The notes under the pieces are model-generated. The model ran no database searches and was not told the origin of the DNA. It worked only from the letters and a program-made list of their open reading frames with translations. The position numbers and the translations under genes are program-made. Positions 10,194-20,488 of a stretch of DNA of 61,374 nt are shown one piece after another; within the stretch, counting starts at the first letter, position 1; each line of letters begins with the position of its first letter. This stretch comes from a virus (lineage: Duplodnaviria; Caudoviricetes): IMG/VR virus record IMGVR_UViG_3300037484_000565, positions 1 to 61,374 of that record, one strand, 5' to 3'.

Positions 10194-10585
10194 GCTTCGC
10201 CTCGCAATCTGTAGAAGCCCACAATGACCCCACCCGGAATGCCGTTGTTAATCGAGTGCTCGACGACGCGCCGCATCGCAGCTGCTGCATGCACAACGCC
10301 TCGATCCGTGAGAATTCCGACATGCGTCGCCTGTCCCGCAAAGGCCATGTGCACGAGATCGCCGGCTCGCGCCTCTTCCGCCGTAATGCGATGTGCGATG
10401 CGCTTCATGGATTCCATAGCGAAGCCGGTCGTAGGTCGTTTTGGATATGAGCAGGGGGCTTCGATCTCTACGCCGACGGCTCGGCAGGCCAGAACCAACA
10501 GTCCGACGCAATCGACACCATGCCGCCGATCCCGGCCCATATGGCAGAACTTCACGCCCAGCCAGGACTGCGCTTCGCGGGCCAT
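10181..10585 (-). CDS. NlpC/P60 tail-associated peptidase (start uncertain)
   Basis: WLGVKFCHMGR..GVDCVGL, HVGI..VVHA. Confidence 0.85.
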   Translation of the reverse strand: MAREAQSWLGVKFCHMGRDRRHGVDCVGLLVLACRAVGVEIEAPCSYPKRPTTGFAMESMKRIAHRITAEEARAGDLVHMAFAGQATHVGILTDRGVVHAAAAMRRVVEHSINNGIPGGVIVGFYRLRGEAWPV

Positions 10586-10604
10586 CGCCGTGCGCCAGTC
10601 GGCG

Positions 10605-11555
10605 TCAATTGAACGGGTTGGGGTAGTCTTGATAGACATTGCCTTTGTGCGTTGCGATGTCCAGCATCCGATCGAGTCCGGGAATGTATGGTTCACCGCG
10701 AAAGTTGACGACGTTATCGAACCGCGCCTTGCAAGTCGTTATGCTCTTGTCGCATCCGTAGGTGACACTGAATTCGTCTCCCACCTCGATCGTGTATGGC
10801 ATGGCCTCGAATAGTTCGATCTCCCCCGTATCCGGGTCGTGCCGTTTGACCTCCATCTGATATCCGGCATTCGCGCCGTTGTACGACTCTCCCGATGACG
10901 GTTCCAGCCAGGTCAGCAGGCCGTATTGATAGACCGGGTCAAGAGGCGTCCCGCTGGGATCTCCAGATCCCGGCTCGACGATCAGGTCGCTGGAGGTGAA
11001 GATGCGCCGGGACTCGCTCACCGATTCCACCGTGCTGGTGATCGTGAGCAGCGCCAGGTTGACCTGGCATTGAGCGTCGCCGAGATCGGCGCGGCAATCG
11101 GCGCTGTACAACTGGCAGATGTTCTGCTGCAGATGCTGCGCCTTGCCTCTGGCTTCAGCCGTGAAGGCGTTGTCGCGAATCTCGATCTCTCCGAGACTCC
11201 AGTCCTTCACGAGGTACATCACACCCTGTGTCAGGTCCTCGTAATTCAGGATGAATACATCGAGCTTGGCATAGTCAAAGAGCCCTGCACTCATGTCGGC
11301 TTCGCTGATGCGGTCCGACTCCAGCAGTGCGGTCAGTTGCTGATTGTCCACCGCGAACTGATCGCTTTGCTGCAGAGACTGCGGCAGCACCCCGCTTGCA
11401 GCCTCGTAGGTGTCGCCGTCATAGACGATGTCGGTATCGTGGTCCGTGAAGAAGAACTCCTGTGCGTCCGATCGGACAATGCGCCAGCACGTCGCAATCG
11501 TCGTAACATCTTCGGCGAGATGTGCCTTGAGTTCATCAGAGATCGTCTTGCTCAT
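10605..11555 (-). CDS. Baseplate hub protein (DUF2163-like)
   Basis: FTDHDTDI, CRADLGDAQC, GCDKSITTCKARFDNVVNFRGEPYIPG. Confidence 0.9.
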   Translation of the reverse strand: MSKTISDELKAHLAEDVTTIATCWRIVRSDAQEFFFTDHDTDIVYDGDTYEAASGVLPQSLQQSDQFAVDNQQLTALLESDRISEADMSAGLFDYAKLDVFILNYEDLTQGVMYLVKDWSLGEIEIRDNAFTAEARGKAQHLQQNICQLYSADCRADLGDAQCQVNLALLTITSTVESVSESRRIFTSSDLIVEPGSGDPSGTPLDPVYQYGLLTWLEPSSGESYNGANAGYQMEVKRHDPDTGEIELFEAMPYTIEVGDEFSVTYGCDKSITTCKARFDNVVNFRGEPYIPGLDRMLDIATHKGNVYQDYPNPFN

Positions 11556-12151
11556 GCGCTCTTCAGCTCCACAATAGGAACGTCGATCGACGAGGCCTGG
11601 TACGTCGCGAAATTCTCCGGTAGATAATCGACATCGAACCGGACTGGGATGTCGAACTCGAAATCAGCCGTAATCTCTTCCCCGCTCCCCGGCGGCGTTC
11701 CGAAGCTGACGAGACCGGTCTCGTAGTCGATCACGACGCTGCCCTCGGCCACGCCGTCCACATAGATCGTCACGCTGTCCAGGACCGGCTTGAGAATCGT
11801 CCGCTCGAATGTCTCTTCCCCGCTGGTGTAGCGCCTGATGAGTTGGAACCCTGTAGTCGAACCGTCGCCGTCGCCGAGTAGCTCTCCGGTTGCCTGAAAA
11901 TCGCTGTGATTCTTGAACCGGAATCCATAGGCGCGGCCGCGTCGCGCGTAGAAGAACTCAATCACGAGTCGGCAGTTGTCCTCCGTGTCCATCCCATACG
12001 CGACATTCCACCGCTCGCGCGAGCGAGACCAGTTGATGTTACGCTGCTCGTGCCCACTGCCGAATTCAACCACCTCGGTGCTGAACTGCGGGCCCCCGAC
12101 CGACGAATACTTGATGTTGGTCGGGAATCTCACGTCGTGAAACATGGCCAT
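11552..12151 (-). CDS. Distal tail protein (DUF2460-like)
   Basis: FHDVRFP, GGPQFST, SGHEQRN, RRGRAYGFRFK, FEFDIPVRFD. Confidence 0.92.
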   Translation of the reverse strand: MAMFHDVRFPTNIKYSSVGGPQFSTEVVEFGSGHEQRNINWSRSRERWNVAYGMDTEDNCRLVIEFFYARRGRAYGFRFKNHSDFQATGELLGDGDGSTTGFQLIRRYTSGEETFERTILKPVLDSVTIYVDGVAEGSVVIDYETGLVSFGTPPGSGEEITADFEFDIPVRFDVDYLPENFATYQASSIDVPIVELKSA

Positions 12152-12152
12152 G

Positions 12153-14426
12153 TCAGCCGTTCCTTCTCTGCGCGCGACTCACCACGGCGCCGATGTCGCT
12201 CAGGACTTGGCTCTTGGATCGCTGGAACGAGGCGACATCCTCGGTCTTGATGTTGACGATGACCGTTGTGTTGCCGTTGCTACCCGCGGTTCCGCCGTCT
12301 CCCCCGCGGAGGGCATCCCAGAACTTCGTGCTGTTGAATTTGCCCATGGGGATGACTGCCTCCGGACCGGATTCGCCGATCATCGCGAGCGTCGGACGGG
12401 TCACGTATGCGCCCTCGGCGGCGAAGATTTCCGGAGCGACTTCGAAATCGCCGACTGCGCCCCCACCGCCACCGCTGCGGCTGAGAGCATTGATTCCCCA
12501 TCCGGCCAGCTTTTCAAGCGCCGACGCCATTTCTGCTCCGGCCTTTTGCGCCGCATACGCGGCCATCATGTCCCATGTCGCTTCCCAGAAATCGGCAAAG
12601 CTCTCGAGTTCGCCCCGGAGCAGCTTGAAGAAGCCATCGCTGAAGGCGTCGGCCATATTTGCCGAAGTGTACTCAGCCCATTCTTCGAGCCACCCTCCCG
12701 TCTCTCCAAACTTCTCGGATAAGTCGGCAATCTCTTCTTCGAGCAGCCGGGTGCGCATTGCGAAGGTATCCGCGACAACTTCGGCGGAGACACCGGCCTG
12801 CCGCATTCGCTCTGCGTCGGCCGCGATCACCTCCATCATTACGCGCCGGTACTTCTCTGCGTTCTTGACCATGCTATCGCGGGTCATCTCGTCCTGGGAC
12901 AGCAGCTCTTCGAGCGCATCGCGTTCGGCCATCAACTGATCCGCGATCATGGACATCGGACCTTCGTCGATGCCCGCAAGGGGAGAGAATCCGGCGGCGA
13001 GTCGCGCTTGATGTTCCAGACTATCCAGAAAATCTGTCTCCGCAGTGATGTCGCGATCCCGGATCATCGCGTCCCAGCGGTCGAAGAAGTCCGCGCGGTC
13101 CTTGAGCATCTTCTCATGCGCTTCTTCTTCTGCCTTGATTTCGTGTTCGAGAACATCTTCAAGCGACGTCATCTTGCCAGGGCCAAACTTGGGTCCAGCG
13201 TTCGTGTCGATACCCTCAAGCAATGATGCTGCCAAACCTTCCGCCTGCTTGAATTCGCCGGCCCACTGTAGCCTTCGCCGCTTCTCGATCAGCAAATCCA
13301 TCTGGTCATTCGCGGCCTTGAGATTATCGGCGAACTCCGACCAATCGGGGAAATCGCTTTGCTCCTCTTTCATGCGATGGATATTTTCAGTCAACTGCGC
13401 AATTTGAAGATCGGTCTCGGTCACTCCTTCGCCGTAGGCTTCGATCGTGGCGATTTGACGCTTCAGCGAGTCAGTCGTATCGGTTACGAGATCAATGAGC
13501 CAAGCGACGCCCGCTAACACCGTCCGATTAACTGTAAACATCGGGGTCGCGAGCGCAAGGGCGTTGAACTTCGGCATGTCGGAGGCGGCTTCGAGCAATT
13601 CCAGTTTGGCCCTCAGCCTCTCGATTCCGTCGGCTGGACCGTCCGGCGGCGCTAGCACCTTGGCCAGGTCAAAGATGATCTTCGTGAATTTCTCGACACC
13701 CTGTGCATCGCCAACGCTTATGGCCAGCACGCGAGCACCAAACGCTTCGTGCAGTTCCGACACGGCTTCTTTGAGGCGCTTGACCCTGCTTTCAATGGTC
13801 TCTAACTGCGCGACAGCCCGCCCGCTGAATCTCCCGGCGGCCATCGCCATCAGTTCCATGTGCGAAGCTGCACCCTCGGCAGCATCCTCGACCTTGCCGA
13901 CCAATCTCTGAAGCTGCATTGTCGATCCCGCTGCCGATTTAGCGATCGCGTCGACGACCGATTCGATGTCCACGCGCCTGCCCACCGCGATGTCGAGTGC
14001 GGTCTTGAATGACTGCGTAGCCTCCTCGATGGTCATTCCGTAGGTGACCAGGCGGTCAATCGAGCGCGCCGTCGTTTCATCTGCGATGCCGAACGTCCGC
14101 TGGTACTCTGACGCGAGACCCTTGATGCGAGGCATGGCCTGGTCAATGAGACCGCCATGCGTCTCGATGGCGGCGCCCAGGTCATTCCACGCCGTTTGCG
14201 ATTCGATTGCCGCGGCCGCCGCGCTCTTGAGGTAAGCGACGGCGCCGGTTGCCGCGATCGCGCCCATGACAACGGATACGCCACCGATTACGGACTCCAG
14301 CCCAGCGAACTTCTTGCTGGCATCATTGACGAACCCACCAATCCTATTCTTGGCGATAATCGCGCCGCGATCGAAGGCAGTGGTATCCAGCCCGAGCTCT
14401 GCGGTGAGTGTTCCGATGTTAGTCAT
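12153..14426 (-). CDS. Tail tape measure protein
   Basis: IGTLTAELGLDT start; Ala-rich helical; C-terminal FAAEG...IGESGPEAVIP. Confidence 0.9.
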   Translation of the reverse strand: MTNIGTLTAELGLDTTAFDRGAIIAKNRIGGFVNDASKKFAGLESVIGGVSVVMGAIAATGAVAYLKSAAAAAIESQTAWNDLGAAIETHGGLIDQAMPRIKGLASEYQRTFGIADETTARSIDRLVTYGMTIEEATQSFKTALDIAVGRRVDIESVVDAIAKSAAGSTMQLQRLVGKVEDAAEGAASHMELMAMAAGRFSGRAVAQLETIESRVKRLKEAVSELHEAFGARVLAISVGDAQGVEKFTKIIFDLAKVLAPPDGPADGIERLRAKLELLEAASDMPKFNALALATPMFTVNRTVLAGVAWLIDLVTDTTDSLKRQIATIEAYGEGVTETDLQIAQLTENIHRMKEEQSDFPDWSEFADNLKAANDQMDLLIEKRRRLQWAGEFKQAEGLAASLLEGIDTNAGPKFGPGKMTSLEDVLEHEIKAEEEAHEKMLKDRADFFDRWDAMIRDRDITAETDFLDSLEHQARLAAGFSPLAGIDEGPMSMIADQLMAERDALEELLSQDEMTRDSMVKNAEKYRRVMMEVIAADAERMRQAGVSAEVVADTFAMRTRLLEEEIADLSEKFGETGGWLEEWAEYTSANMADAFSDGFFKLLRGELESFADFWEATWDMMAAYAAQKAGAEMASALEKLAGWGINALSRSGGGGGAVGDFEVAPEIFAAEGAYVTRPTLAMIGESGPEAVIPMGKFNSTKFWDALRGGDGGTAGSNGNTTVIVNIKTEDVASFQRSKSQVLSDIGAVVSRAQRRNG

Positions 14427-14715
14427 GGCGTCTCTTCTCGATCAACCGACCGGCCTTTCTGAAGTGCTCGACGAGCCTTCCGAGCGCGGATTTCTGTTCA
14501 GCCATCGTTTGCCTTTTCACTTCCTGCGGGGCCTGGATCTCCGGACGAATCACGTCCTCGGGTTTAATGGGGGGCGAGCCCTTCTTGCGATGCACGTTGG
14601 CGATCGTGGCGGTAATCAGCCCCGCGCGCAGCCACGCCTCGCGTTCGCCCCACGGCTCCAGTTTGAAGTACTCGTACCATTCGGCAATCTGTTCGCTGGT
14701 CAATCGCTCCAGCAA
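14419..14715 (-). CDS. Tail assembly chaperone, frameshifted (gpGT-like) C-terminal part
   Basis: EWYEYFKLEPWG; frame is open back to the slippery site. Confidence 0.8.
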   Translation of the reverse strand: MLERLTSEQIAEWYEYFKLEPWGEREAWLRAGLITATIANVHRKKGSPPIKPEDVIRPEIQAPQEVKRQTMAEQKSALGRLVEHFRKAGRLIEKRRHD

Positions 14716-14747
14716 TTCATCCGGATGCGCGTATCCCAGCGCCAGCG

Positions 14748-15131
14748 CTAGGCGGAAATGGAAGCGGCGGGAAGGCCGCTTGATGAGTTTCCCGCCAAAT
14801 CCTCCAGGTCCTTCTTTGTCAGCCGGTTGATTCTCTGCGCGACGTCGGAGAGGCGGTCGAGTGCGGCCGCTGATTTGCCCCCGAGCGCCTCGATGTCGGC
14901 ATCAGAAAACAGCCTGGCGCCGCTCTCATCGCAAACCGTCAGCGCGACCAGCGTCGCCCTTGCATTCGCATAGCTGCCAGCCTCTTTGCTGCGCAGCCAG
15001 AACGCCTCCAGGTTGTCGCGCTCGCGCCCCGTAAGCATGCGGACGAATACAGCGCCACCCCACTCCGGGACGTCGACTTCCTCGCGCTTGAGATCCTCCG
15101 CGCTCAGGATTTCGTCTTTGGTCAGTACCAC
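14748..15131 (-). CDS. Tail assembly chaperone (gpG-like)
   Basis: GTG start after AGGAG; LTKDEIL..VDVPEWGGAVFVRMLTG..D..GARLF. Confidence 0.85.
   Translation of the reverse strand: MVLTKDEILSAEDLKREEVDVPEWGGAVFVRMLTGRERDNLEAFWLRSKEAGSYANARATLVALTVCDESGARLFSDADIEALGGKSAAALDRLSDVAQRINRLTKKDLEDLAGNSSSGLPAASISA
14787..14793 (-). other. -1 programmed frameshift slippery site G GGA AAC
   Basis: XXXYYYZ in frame near the chaperone 3' end; -1 frame reads GKLIKRPSRRFHFRLALALG.. into the 14419-14715 frame. Confidence 0.8.
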
Positions 15132-15190
15132 GGTGCTTCTCCTTCTATGCTGCGGCATGGTTAGCCGCGGCGGATATGATTCCAGCCTGC

Positions 15191-15613
15191 TTAGGCCGTC
15201 AGCGTGACCGCGCCGGTCACCTTGAGCGTGATCGTGGCAGACACCTTGTCGCCGACCGGAGTCGACACCGGGACGTTCATCACCCAGGCCGAAAAGGCCA
15301 GCGTCGTGTTGCCGCTGTCCGACCAAACGATCTTGTAGTTGTGCGCCTCGTCGTCTTCGTAATCGGTCAGCATCTGGTCGTAGGTGGTGTAGGTGAAGTT
15401 CATGTTCAGCGTCACCTCGCCGCCGTCCCGGAATCCCGCGATGAACTCCCGGTAACCTCCGGTCGAATCCAGCGAGGTGACGTCGATGATCTCGCGCGTC
15501 ATCCCCGGTCCATCGATCGAGTTCACTTCGGCGAGGGTCGCAAAGACCTCCGACGACGCGCCGTCCCCACGCTGGAACAGTGTTCCGACCGCTGCGAATG
15601 CATTCGATGGCAT
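15191..15613 (-). CDS. Major tail (tube) protein
   Basis: IDVTSLDSTGGYREFIAGFRDGGEVT; TITLKVTG. Confidence 0.9.
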   Translation of the reverse strand: MPSNAFAAVGTLFQRGDGASSEVFATLAEVNSIDGPGMTREIIDVTSLDSTGGYREFIAGFRDGGEVTLNMNFTYTTYDQMLTDYEDDEAHNYKIVWSDSGNTTLAFSAWVMNVPVSTPVGDKVSATITLKVTGAVTLTA

Positions 15614-15639
15614 GTCCTTATCCTCCGTGATTCGTTTTC

Positions 15640-15746
15640 AGCGAAAAGGCCCGACTCACCCTGCCGCACTCAGGAGCGGCAGAGGATTCGGGCCTGAGAT
15701 TTCGCTGTGCTCACACTCCCCCGTCGGGGAGCGGCTTGTTAGAGTC
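15640..15746 (-). ncRNA. Conserved structured RNA element, copy A (upstream of tail tube gene)
   Basis: Bulged hairpin followed by a long GCGAAA..AGGCCCGA/UCGGGCCU..UUUCGC hairpin; homologous to copies B and C. Confidence 0.7.
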
Positions 15747-15764
15747 TGTCGTTTACCTGATCAT

Positions 15765-16163
15765 CTATGCCGTATCCGTCCTGTGAATCCTGAAGTTGAC
15801 GGTGAAATGCGGCCGGTGCAATTCGTCCGGCCCGATCGACATCACGTCTGTCTCAACCCAAATGCCGACGTACCGTGCACTATTGACGGTGACGTTGTGG
15901 AGCCCGTGAAGGACGTCGCGGATGTTCTGGCACAACTCATGTGCGATCTTGTATCCGCCCCGGCCGCCGCGCACTTTCACTTGCACGGTTGGCCGCTCGT
16001 AGAGGTAGTTCTCCTCGCCGGGATATCCTCCGGAATCGTAGACGCACACGCAGGCGTCCGGCGTTTCCGGCATTTGCCCGATGAACAGGTCCGTCGCAAA
16101 CGTCAGCGCCAGGCCGGTTTCGCCCTCAAGAATATCCTTGATGTCTTCTGATGGCGGGTTCAT
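15765..16163 (-). CDS. Tail terminator/minor capsid-type protein
   Basis: LFIGQMPETPD..VYDSGG..PTVQVKVRG; synteny. Confidence 0.8.
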   Translation of the reverse strand: MNPPSEDIKDILEGETGLALTFATDLFIGQMPETPDACVCVYDSGGYPGEENYLYERPTVQVKVRGGRGGYKIAHELCQNIRDVLHGLHNVTVNSARYVGIWVETDVMSIGPDELHRPHFTVNFRIHRTDTA

Positions 16164-16172
16164 CGCTCTGTC

Positions 16173-16547
16173 TCACTTAATGCGTATGCCGCGTGAAATG
16201 ATCTCAAACACTTCCCTTGCCTTCTCTACCAATGCCGTGGCCAGAAATCGCGCCTGTCCAACGACATGATGCGCGTCAAGATTCTCATGGACCCATATCG
16301 CATAAGCGGCAGTGAAGCCGATGATGGCTCCAACACCACGTCGCAGGCTAACAGTGACTTCTGTGTATGCCGAGTTTTTCAGATTCCCGGTGTCGACCGG
16401 TGTTAGCAGCTGTGCCGCCCTGCGTACAACCAGGGCCGCCCTGCGCATGACATCGGGACCCCGGTGTTTAACCGCGGCGATCTCCTTGTTGAGATTCCGA
16501 ATCACCTTATTCTGGCCGGTGATATTGATGGTCTTCCTCACAACCAC
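16173..16547 (-). CDS. HK97 gp10-like tail completion protein
   Basis: TPVDTGNLKNS, AAYAIWVHE, GQARFL. Confidence 0.85.
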   Translation of the reverse strand: MVVRKTINITGQNKVIRNLNKEIAAVKHRGPDVMRRAALVVRRAAQLLTPVDTGNLKNSAYTEVTVSLRRGVGAIIGFTAAYAIWVHENLDAHHVVGQARFLATALVEKAREVFEIISRGIRIK

Positions 16548-16897
16548 GCCATCCTCACATGCCGCGTCGCATCCAAAGACGGGACACTTTTGAATGCCCT
16601 GACTTCGAACGCGTCCGCATTGCCGAACGGCTCATCCTCACCCGAAGTGAGATCGACCAGCTCCCCGAGAAACAGGTAGTCATGCACGGCCACGTTGCGA
16701 TCGACGTACACAACGGCCCGGGAAAGCACTTCCCGCCCCGTGGCGTCGACGAACAGCTCCTGCCGCTGCTCCCACCGGCATTGAATCTCGATCCCATCGT
16801 CGAACGTCCGGCCTCCAAACCCGTCCAATACCGGATTGGTCCAGAGGACGGCCGTCTGCTGCAGCTGATTGAGGAGCACGGTAGACCGGCTGCTCAT
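16538..16897 (-). CDS. Head closure protein
   Basis: DGFGG..CRWEQ..DATGRE..SRAVVY; synteny. Confidence 0.75.
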   Translation of the reverse strand: MSSRSTVLLNQLQQTAVLWTNPVLDGFGGRTFDDGIEIQCRWEQRQELFVDATGREVLSRAVVYVDRNVAVHDYLFLGELVDLTSGEDEPFGNADAFEVRAFKSVPSLDATRHVRMAWL

Positions 16898-17259
16898 CCG
16901 ATCACCTTCATTTCTGCCGGTCCCTTGCTGTTCATGATCTCCGCGAACTTCCCCTTGTATTCGTGTAGCAGGACTTGCTGACCGAATGGTGTGAACTTCA
17001 GACCCATATCGCTCTTGCCGTGATACTGCACATCGGTCTCGCCGATCTTCTCGCGCGAGACCGCAGGATCACGGACCGCGACGAAGTGCGCCGCCAGCCA
17101 CAGCTCGATTTGCGCGAGCTCGTCGCTGGAATAGCCCATGTCGACCAACGCGCTATCGACCAGACTGCTGGCTGAACACAAGAACGGAGAGACCTGCTCT
17201 TCGCTCAGGCCCGTGCCGCAAATGGCGATCACTTCGGCCTCAGTTACGCGCTGTGACAT
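16894..17259 (-). CDS. Head-tail adaptor (connector) protein
   Basis: Start MSQRVT; IELWLAAHF..GLKFTPFGQ. Confidence 0.75.
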   Translation of the reverse strand: MSQRVTEAEVIAICGTGLSEEQVSPFLCSASSLVDSALVDMGYSSDELAQIELWLAAHFVAVRDPAVSREKIGETDVQYHGKSDMGLKFTPFGQQVLLHEYKGKFAEIMNSKGPAEMKVIG

Positions 17260-17957
17260 TTGCCTGCTCCTTTGAGCTCGAAGACACCCCGGCTCCACAG
17301 CACGGGTCTCAGAGCCATTTCTACCGCGTCCCGGTCCCAATCCAATGACAGGGTCACGATCAATTTCTGGAGTTCGTCGAATTGACCGGAGAGAAACCGT
17401 CCGGGCCAGATTTCCAACACATCGAATCCGCCAGCCACAAGGCCGCTCACCCTCTCAGCGTATGCACGGAGCCAGCGAGACAAGGCGACCTCGTCATTCG
17501 GGAGATCAGCATAATCAGTGTTCTTGCAGGAGCGGCTGATGCCGGCCTCATCCCGCCGGGCAAACACCCACACCGCGTCCGGAAACGCGGCGGCCCAAAC
17601 TGGCCAGATCAAGAGAGCGTCCGAGCCTCGATAGAGCCACGCGCCGGACGTGTATCCCTGGTGCCGGAGAATCGATTCAATCTGCGATCGCCAGCGCGGA
17701 GCGATCGCCGTGAATAGCTTTTCGCAGGCAGACAGATCGGGCATCGCCTCGACGCCCAGCACGTCGGAATGCAAACCTCGAAATAGGGGCCGCACGAGAA
17801 GATCCCGGACCTCTCGATTCCCGCCAGCATCGTTTAGCCGCGGTCGGTGATCATCGCCGCACACGTTCCACGCGCCGCATGCACTAAGCACGTGAGCCAC
17901 CAGGCTGGCGCCGGAGCGCGGGATCTCGGTCACGATGATGGGGCCCCCGTTCGTCAC
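17244..17957 (-). CDS. Sulfotransferase-like P-loop protein
   Basis: IVTEIPRSGASLV resembles the 5'-PSB motif; FPDAVWVFARRD..SRS resembles the 3'-PB motif; GTGA overlap with upstream stop. Confidence 0.6.
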   Translation of the reverse strand: MTNGGPIIVTEIPRSGASLVAHVLSACGAWNVCGDDHRPRLNDAGGNREVRDLLVRPLFRGLHSDVLGVEAMPDLSACEKLFTAIAPRWRSQIESILRHQGYTSGAWLYRGSDALLIWPVWAAAFPDAVWVFARRDEAGISRSCKNTDYADLPNDEVALSRWLRAYAERVSGLVAGGFDVLEIWPGRFLSGQFDELQKLIVTLSLDWDRDAVEMALRPVLWSRGVFELKGAGKCHSA

Positions 17958-19564
17958 CGCGCCTCCCCATCGACGATGGCCGATGTCATTGCGGAAATGA
18001 TGGATACATTCGGCGTTTGCGTATTGAGTGGGCGGTACCAGCGCCCGAGTCCATCTGGCGGACAAGCGTTTCTCCAAAAACGCTCATCGAAATACTTGTT
18101 CCAAAAAATCACGGTCGGTTTCCGAAACACCGTCGACATGATGGTATTGCCGCCGCAAAATCCGATGCACCCGAGAGCCCCCCGCATCAGACCGAAGAAT
18201 TGATCAAGCGAGGTCTGCCCGGTGAGGTCAATGATGAAGCGTGATTCAACCGGCAACTTCCGAGCCTTCGCCATCAGATATGCGTTAACGTTCTTTTCGC
18301 CACCCTCAGAATCCCACCGCGCCCCGGTCAAGACTATGCGCGCACCGGTTTCCGCATGGATCCCGCGCAGGGCCTCAAAGAGGCGATCGCGCGACAACTC
18401 CCTCAACCAGTGCTGCTCATACATTCCGTGATGCGTGAAAAAGGCCACGATATATTTGCCGAGCCCCCGCCCCATGCGCGCGCGATATGTGCGCTGGTCG
18501 ATGGATTCGAACATCGGTGGGTACCAATTCGTTGTGCACCCAGGAAAGCATTGATCCAGCGTCTTGCCGAACCGCATGGGGCCATTGGCCGACAGAAACC
18601 AATCAAAGCCATGGACATTGCGGAATACGCCGTTGCCGTCCTGCATGTACGCCTGTTTCCAGATTTTGTCTTTGCGCGTGTCGTGCGGGTAATAACCAGC
18701 GAAATGCACGAACGGGAACATCGATACGAACTCTGCCGACCGATCGCGTGACGGATCTGGACTGCTCACATAAATATCTGGCAGCGAACATCCGTGGAGA
18801 TCGACGAATGCTTGAAGCCGGCACAGCACCCAATAGATATCGCCGATGCCCGGTGGAACGAGAATTCTGGTGCGCTTCACCGGAGCCCTTCGGAGGTGCA
18901 ACACTATTTTGGACGGGATCGGTGAGTATGATCGCTCAAACCGAAAGCCACATCGCTCCGCGGCGCTTCGGAGCTGGTCTGTGTTGAGAAACCACAGATG
19001 CTCGGTCCTTTTCCAATGATGGGTGCCCGCATCCGAGAAGAAATGCGGGAAATCAATGATCAGGTGGCCGTCAGTGCGCAGGCATCGCGCCGCCTCAGAA
19101 AGCACAGCAATAGGATCGGGAACATGCTCCAAGCTGTCGTGAAATGTCACGAGGTCGAAACTCTCGGTTGGGAAGCGAGCATCTGCGAGAGCGCCAGGAT
19201 ATGTGCATCGATGTGAAGCATGGGGATCACAGCCGGTCGCCATCACTCCTTCGCTCTGGCAGCGATCGAGGAAGGCGCCATTCCCTGAACCGACATCCAG
19301 GAGCTTGATGCCACGATCGAGCGCGATTCCGATTCCTCGGTAGGCCGCCATTCTGATGGCGGCCACCTCGTAATCGTGATCATATGTATGCTGGTAAACA
19401 CCGCCGAAGTATGCGTCGCGGTACCACGTGATCATTTCGTCCGGACTCATACTGACAATCTGACGCAGAACGCCACATTGGCATCGCCGAACATCGATTC
19501 CGTGGACGGTATCGGGTGTACCATCGGTGTTGCCACAAATGCAGGTTAGTGCAGCACTCGGCAT
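17954..19564 (-). CDS. Class I SAM methyltransferase fused to GT9-like glycosyltransferase
   Basis: LLDVGSGNG, HDSLEHVPDP; then GIGDIYW...IDLTGQTSL..IGFCGG..KPTV. Confidence 0.8.
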   Translation of the reverse strand: MPSAALTCICGNTDGTPDTVHGIDVRRCQCGVLRQIVSMSPDEMITWYRDAYFGGVYQHTYDHDYEVAAIRMAAYRGIGIALDRGIKLLDVGSGNGAFLDRCQSEGVMATGCDPHASHRCTYPGALADARFPTESFDLVTFHDSLEHVPDPIAVLSEAARCLRTDGHLIIDFPHFFSDAGTHHWKRTEHLWFLNTDQLRSAAERCGFRFERSYSPIPSKIVLHLRRAPVKRTRILVPPGIGDIYWVLCRLQAFVDLHGCSLPDIYVSSPDPSRDRSAEFVSMFPFVHFAGYYPHDTRKDKIWKQAYMQDGNGVFRNVHGFDWFLSANGPMRFGKTLDQCFPGCTTNWYPPMFESIDQRTYRARMGRGLGKYIVAFFTHHGMYEQHWLRELSRDRLFEALRGIHAETGARIVLTGARWDSEGGEKNVNAYLMAKARKLPVESRFIIDLTGQTSLDQFFGLMRGALGCIGFCGGNTIMSTVFRKPTVIFWNKYFDERFWRNACPPDGLGRWYRPLNTQTPNVSIISAMTSAIVDGEAR

Positions 19565-19568
19565 TGAT

Positions 19569-20303
19569 CTATCTCCGCTCTTGTTGCAATTGCCAATGCT
19601 CTTCCATCCACGGTTCGTCGACAACATCCCCTGGCCGCGGCTTACCGTGAAAGCAGACGAGCCGCGCATCTTCTGGAAGCGCCTTGCCTTGGACGTGCAC
19701 CTTGTAACTGTAGACGCCGGAAACCAGGTCCTGGATGGCAACCGTCTCGACGCCTCTGGTCTTCAGCGCCTTATCGAGCCATTCCTGATCACCGCGGTGG
19801 ATGCCGCTCCTGCACTGCATCCGGAGCGCCTGAGACTGATCGATGTACACCGGCGGATTGAGCAGGTCTCGCTCGAATGCCTCCGTGATCCAGCCAGTGG
19901 AGACGTTTGCACTCCAACCCATGACCCCGGTGCAGCGGTCACCGCGGTAGAATCCTCGCAGCAACACGAGCTTGCGGGAGTCGATGACGGCCTGCGCCAG
20001 TTCGTCAATCGATCCGGTGATGATCGTGTCCAGGTCAAAATAGAGAACTGGGCCAGATAGTCGAAACAGATTCATCTTCGACCACCAGCCGCGCCAGGCA
20101 GGCGTTAGGCCCACGATTTCAACTCCGGAGGAACAGACCATTCTTATGCGCCCCGGCCTATCCGTGAGGCACACGAATCGACTCGACCCATTGAGATTTT
20201 TGCTCACGCCGTCGTACAACCGCCTAACGTCAGCGGGGATATAGGGCGCTCCGTTACCGATCAGGCGCTGCTCGTTCTTGTAGACACAGGCGACGGTGAT
20301 CAC
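19569..20303 (-). CDS. GT-A (GT8-like) glycosyltransferase
   Basis: FVCLTD, GWWSKM, YFDLD (DxD), GDQ, CFHGKPRP. Confidence 0.82.
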   Translation of the reverse strand: MITVACVYKNEQRLIGNGAPYIPADVRRLYDGVSKNLNGSSRFVCLTDRPGRIRMVCSSGVEIVGLTPAWRGWWSKMNLFRLSGPVLYFDLDTIITGSIDELAQAVIDSRKLVLLRGFYRGDRCTGVMGWSANVSTGWITEAFERDLLNPPVYIDQSQALRMQCRSGIHRGDQEWLDKALKTRGVETVAIQDLVSGVYSYKVHVQGKALPEDARLVCFHGKPRPGDVVDEPWMEEHWQLQQERR

Positions 20304-20488
20304 GGCTCCGCCTCCGCCATAACGTCACACGTGACGTCACGGAATGTCAGTTCCGCCCGGTTCGTTTCGTCAGCGATGTCAATCGTGATGACGATCTTCG
20401 TAATGTTAGTGATCTCTTCGCCCGTCTCGGCGTTCACGACTCGCGTCGGCACGGGCGAGCCGCCTTTGTTCTCAATGCGAATCTTCAT
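20300..20488 (-). CDS. Hypothetical protein
   Basis: Start/stop overlaps with both neighbours. Confidence 0.55.
   Translation of the reverse strand: MKIRIENKGGSPVPTRVVNAETGEEITNITKIVITIDIADETNRAELTFRDVTCDVMAEAEP

Noticed and set aside
6744-12151. Host-domesticated gene transfer agent
   Set aside because: Integrase, attP, repressor and replication genes are all present, consistent with an autonomous phage
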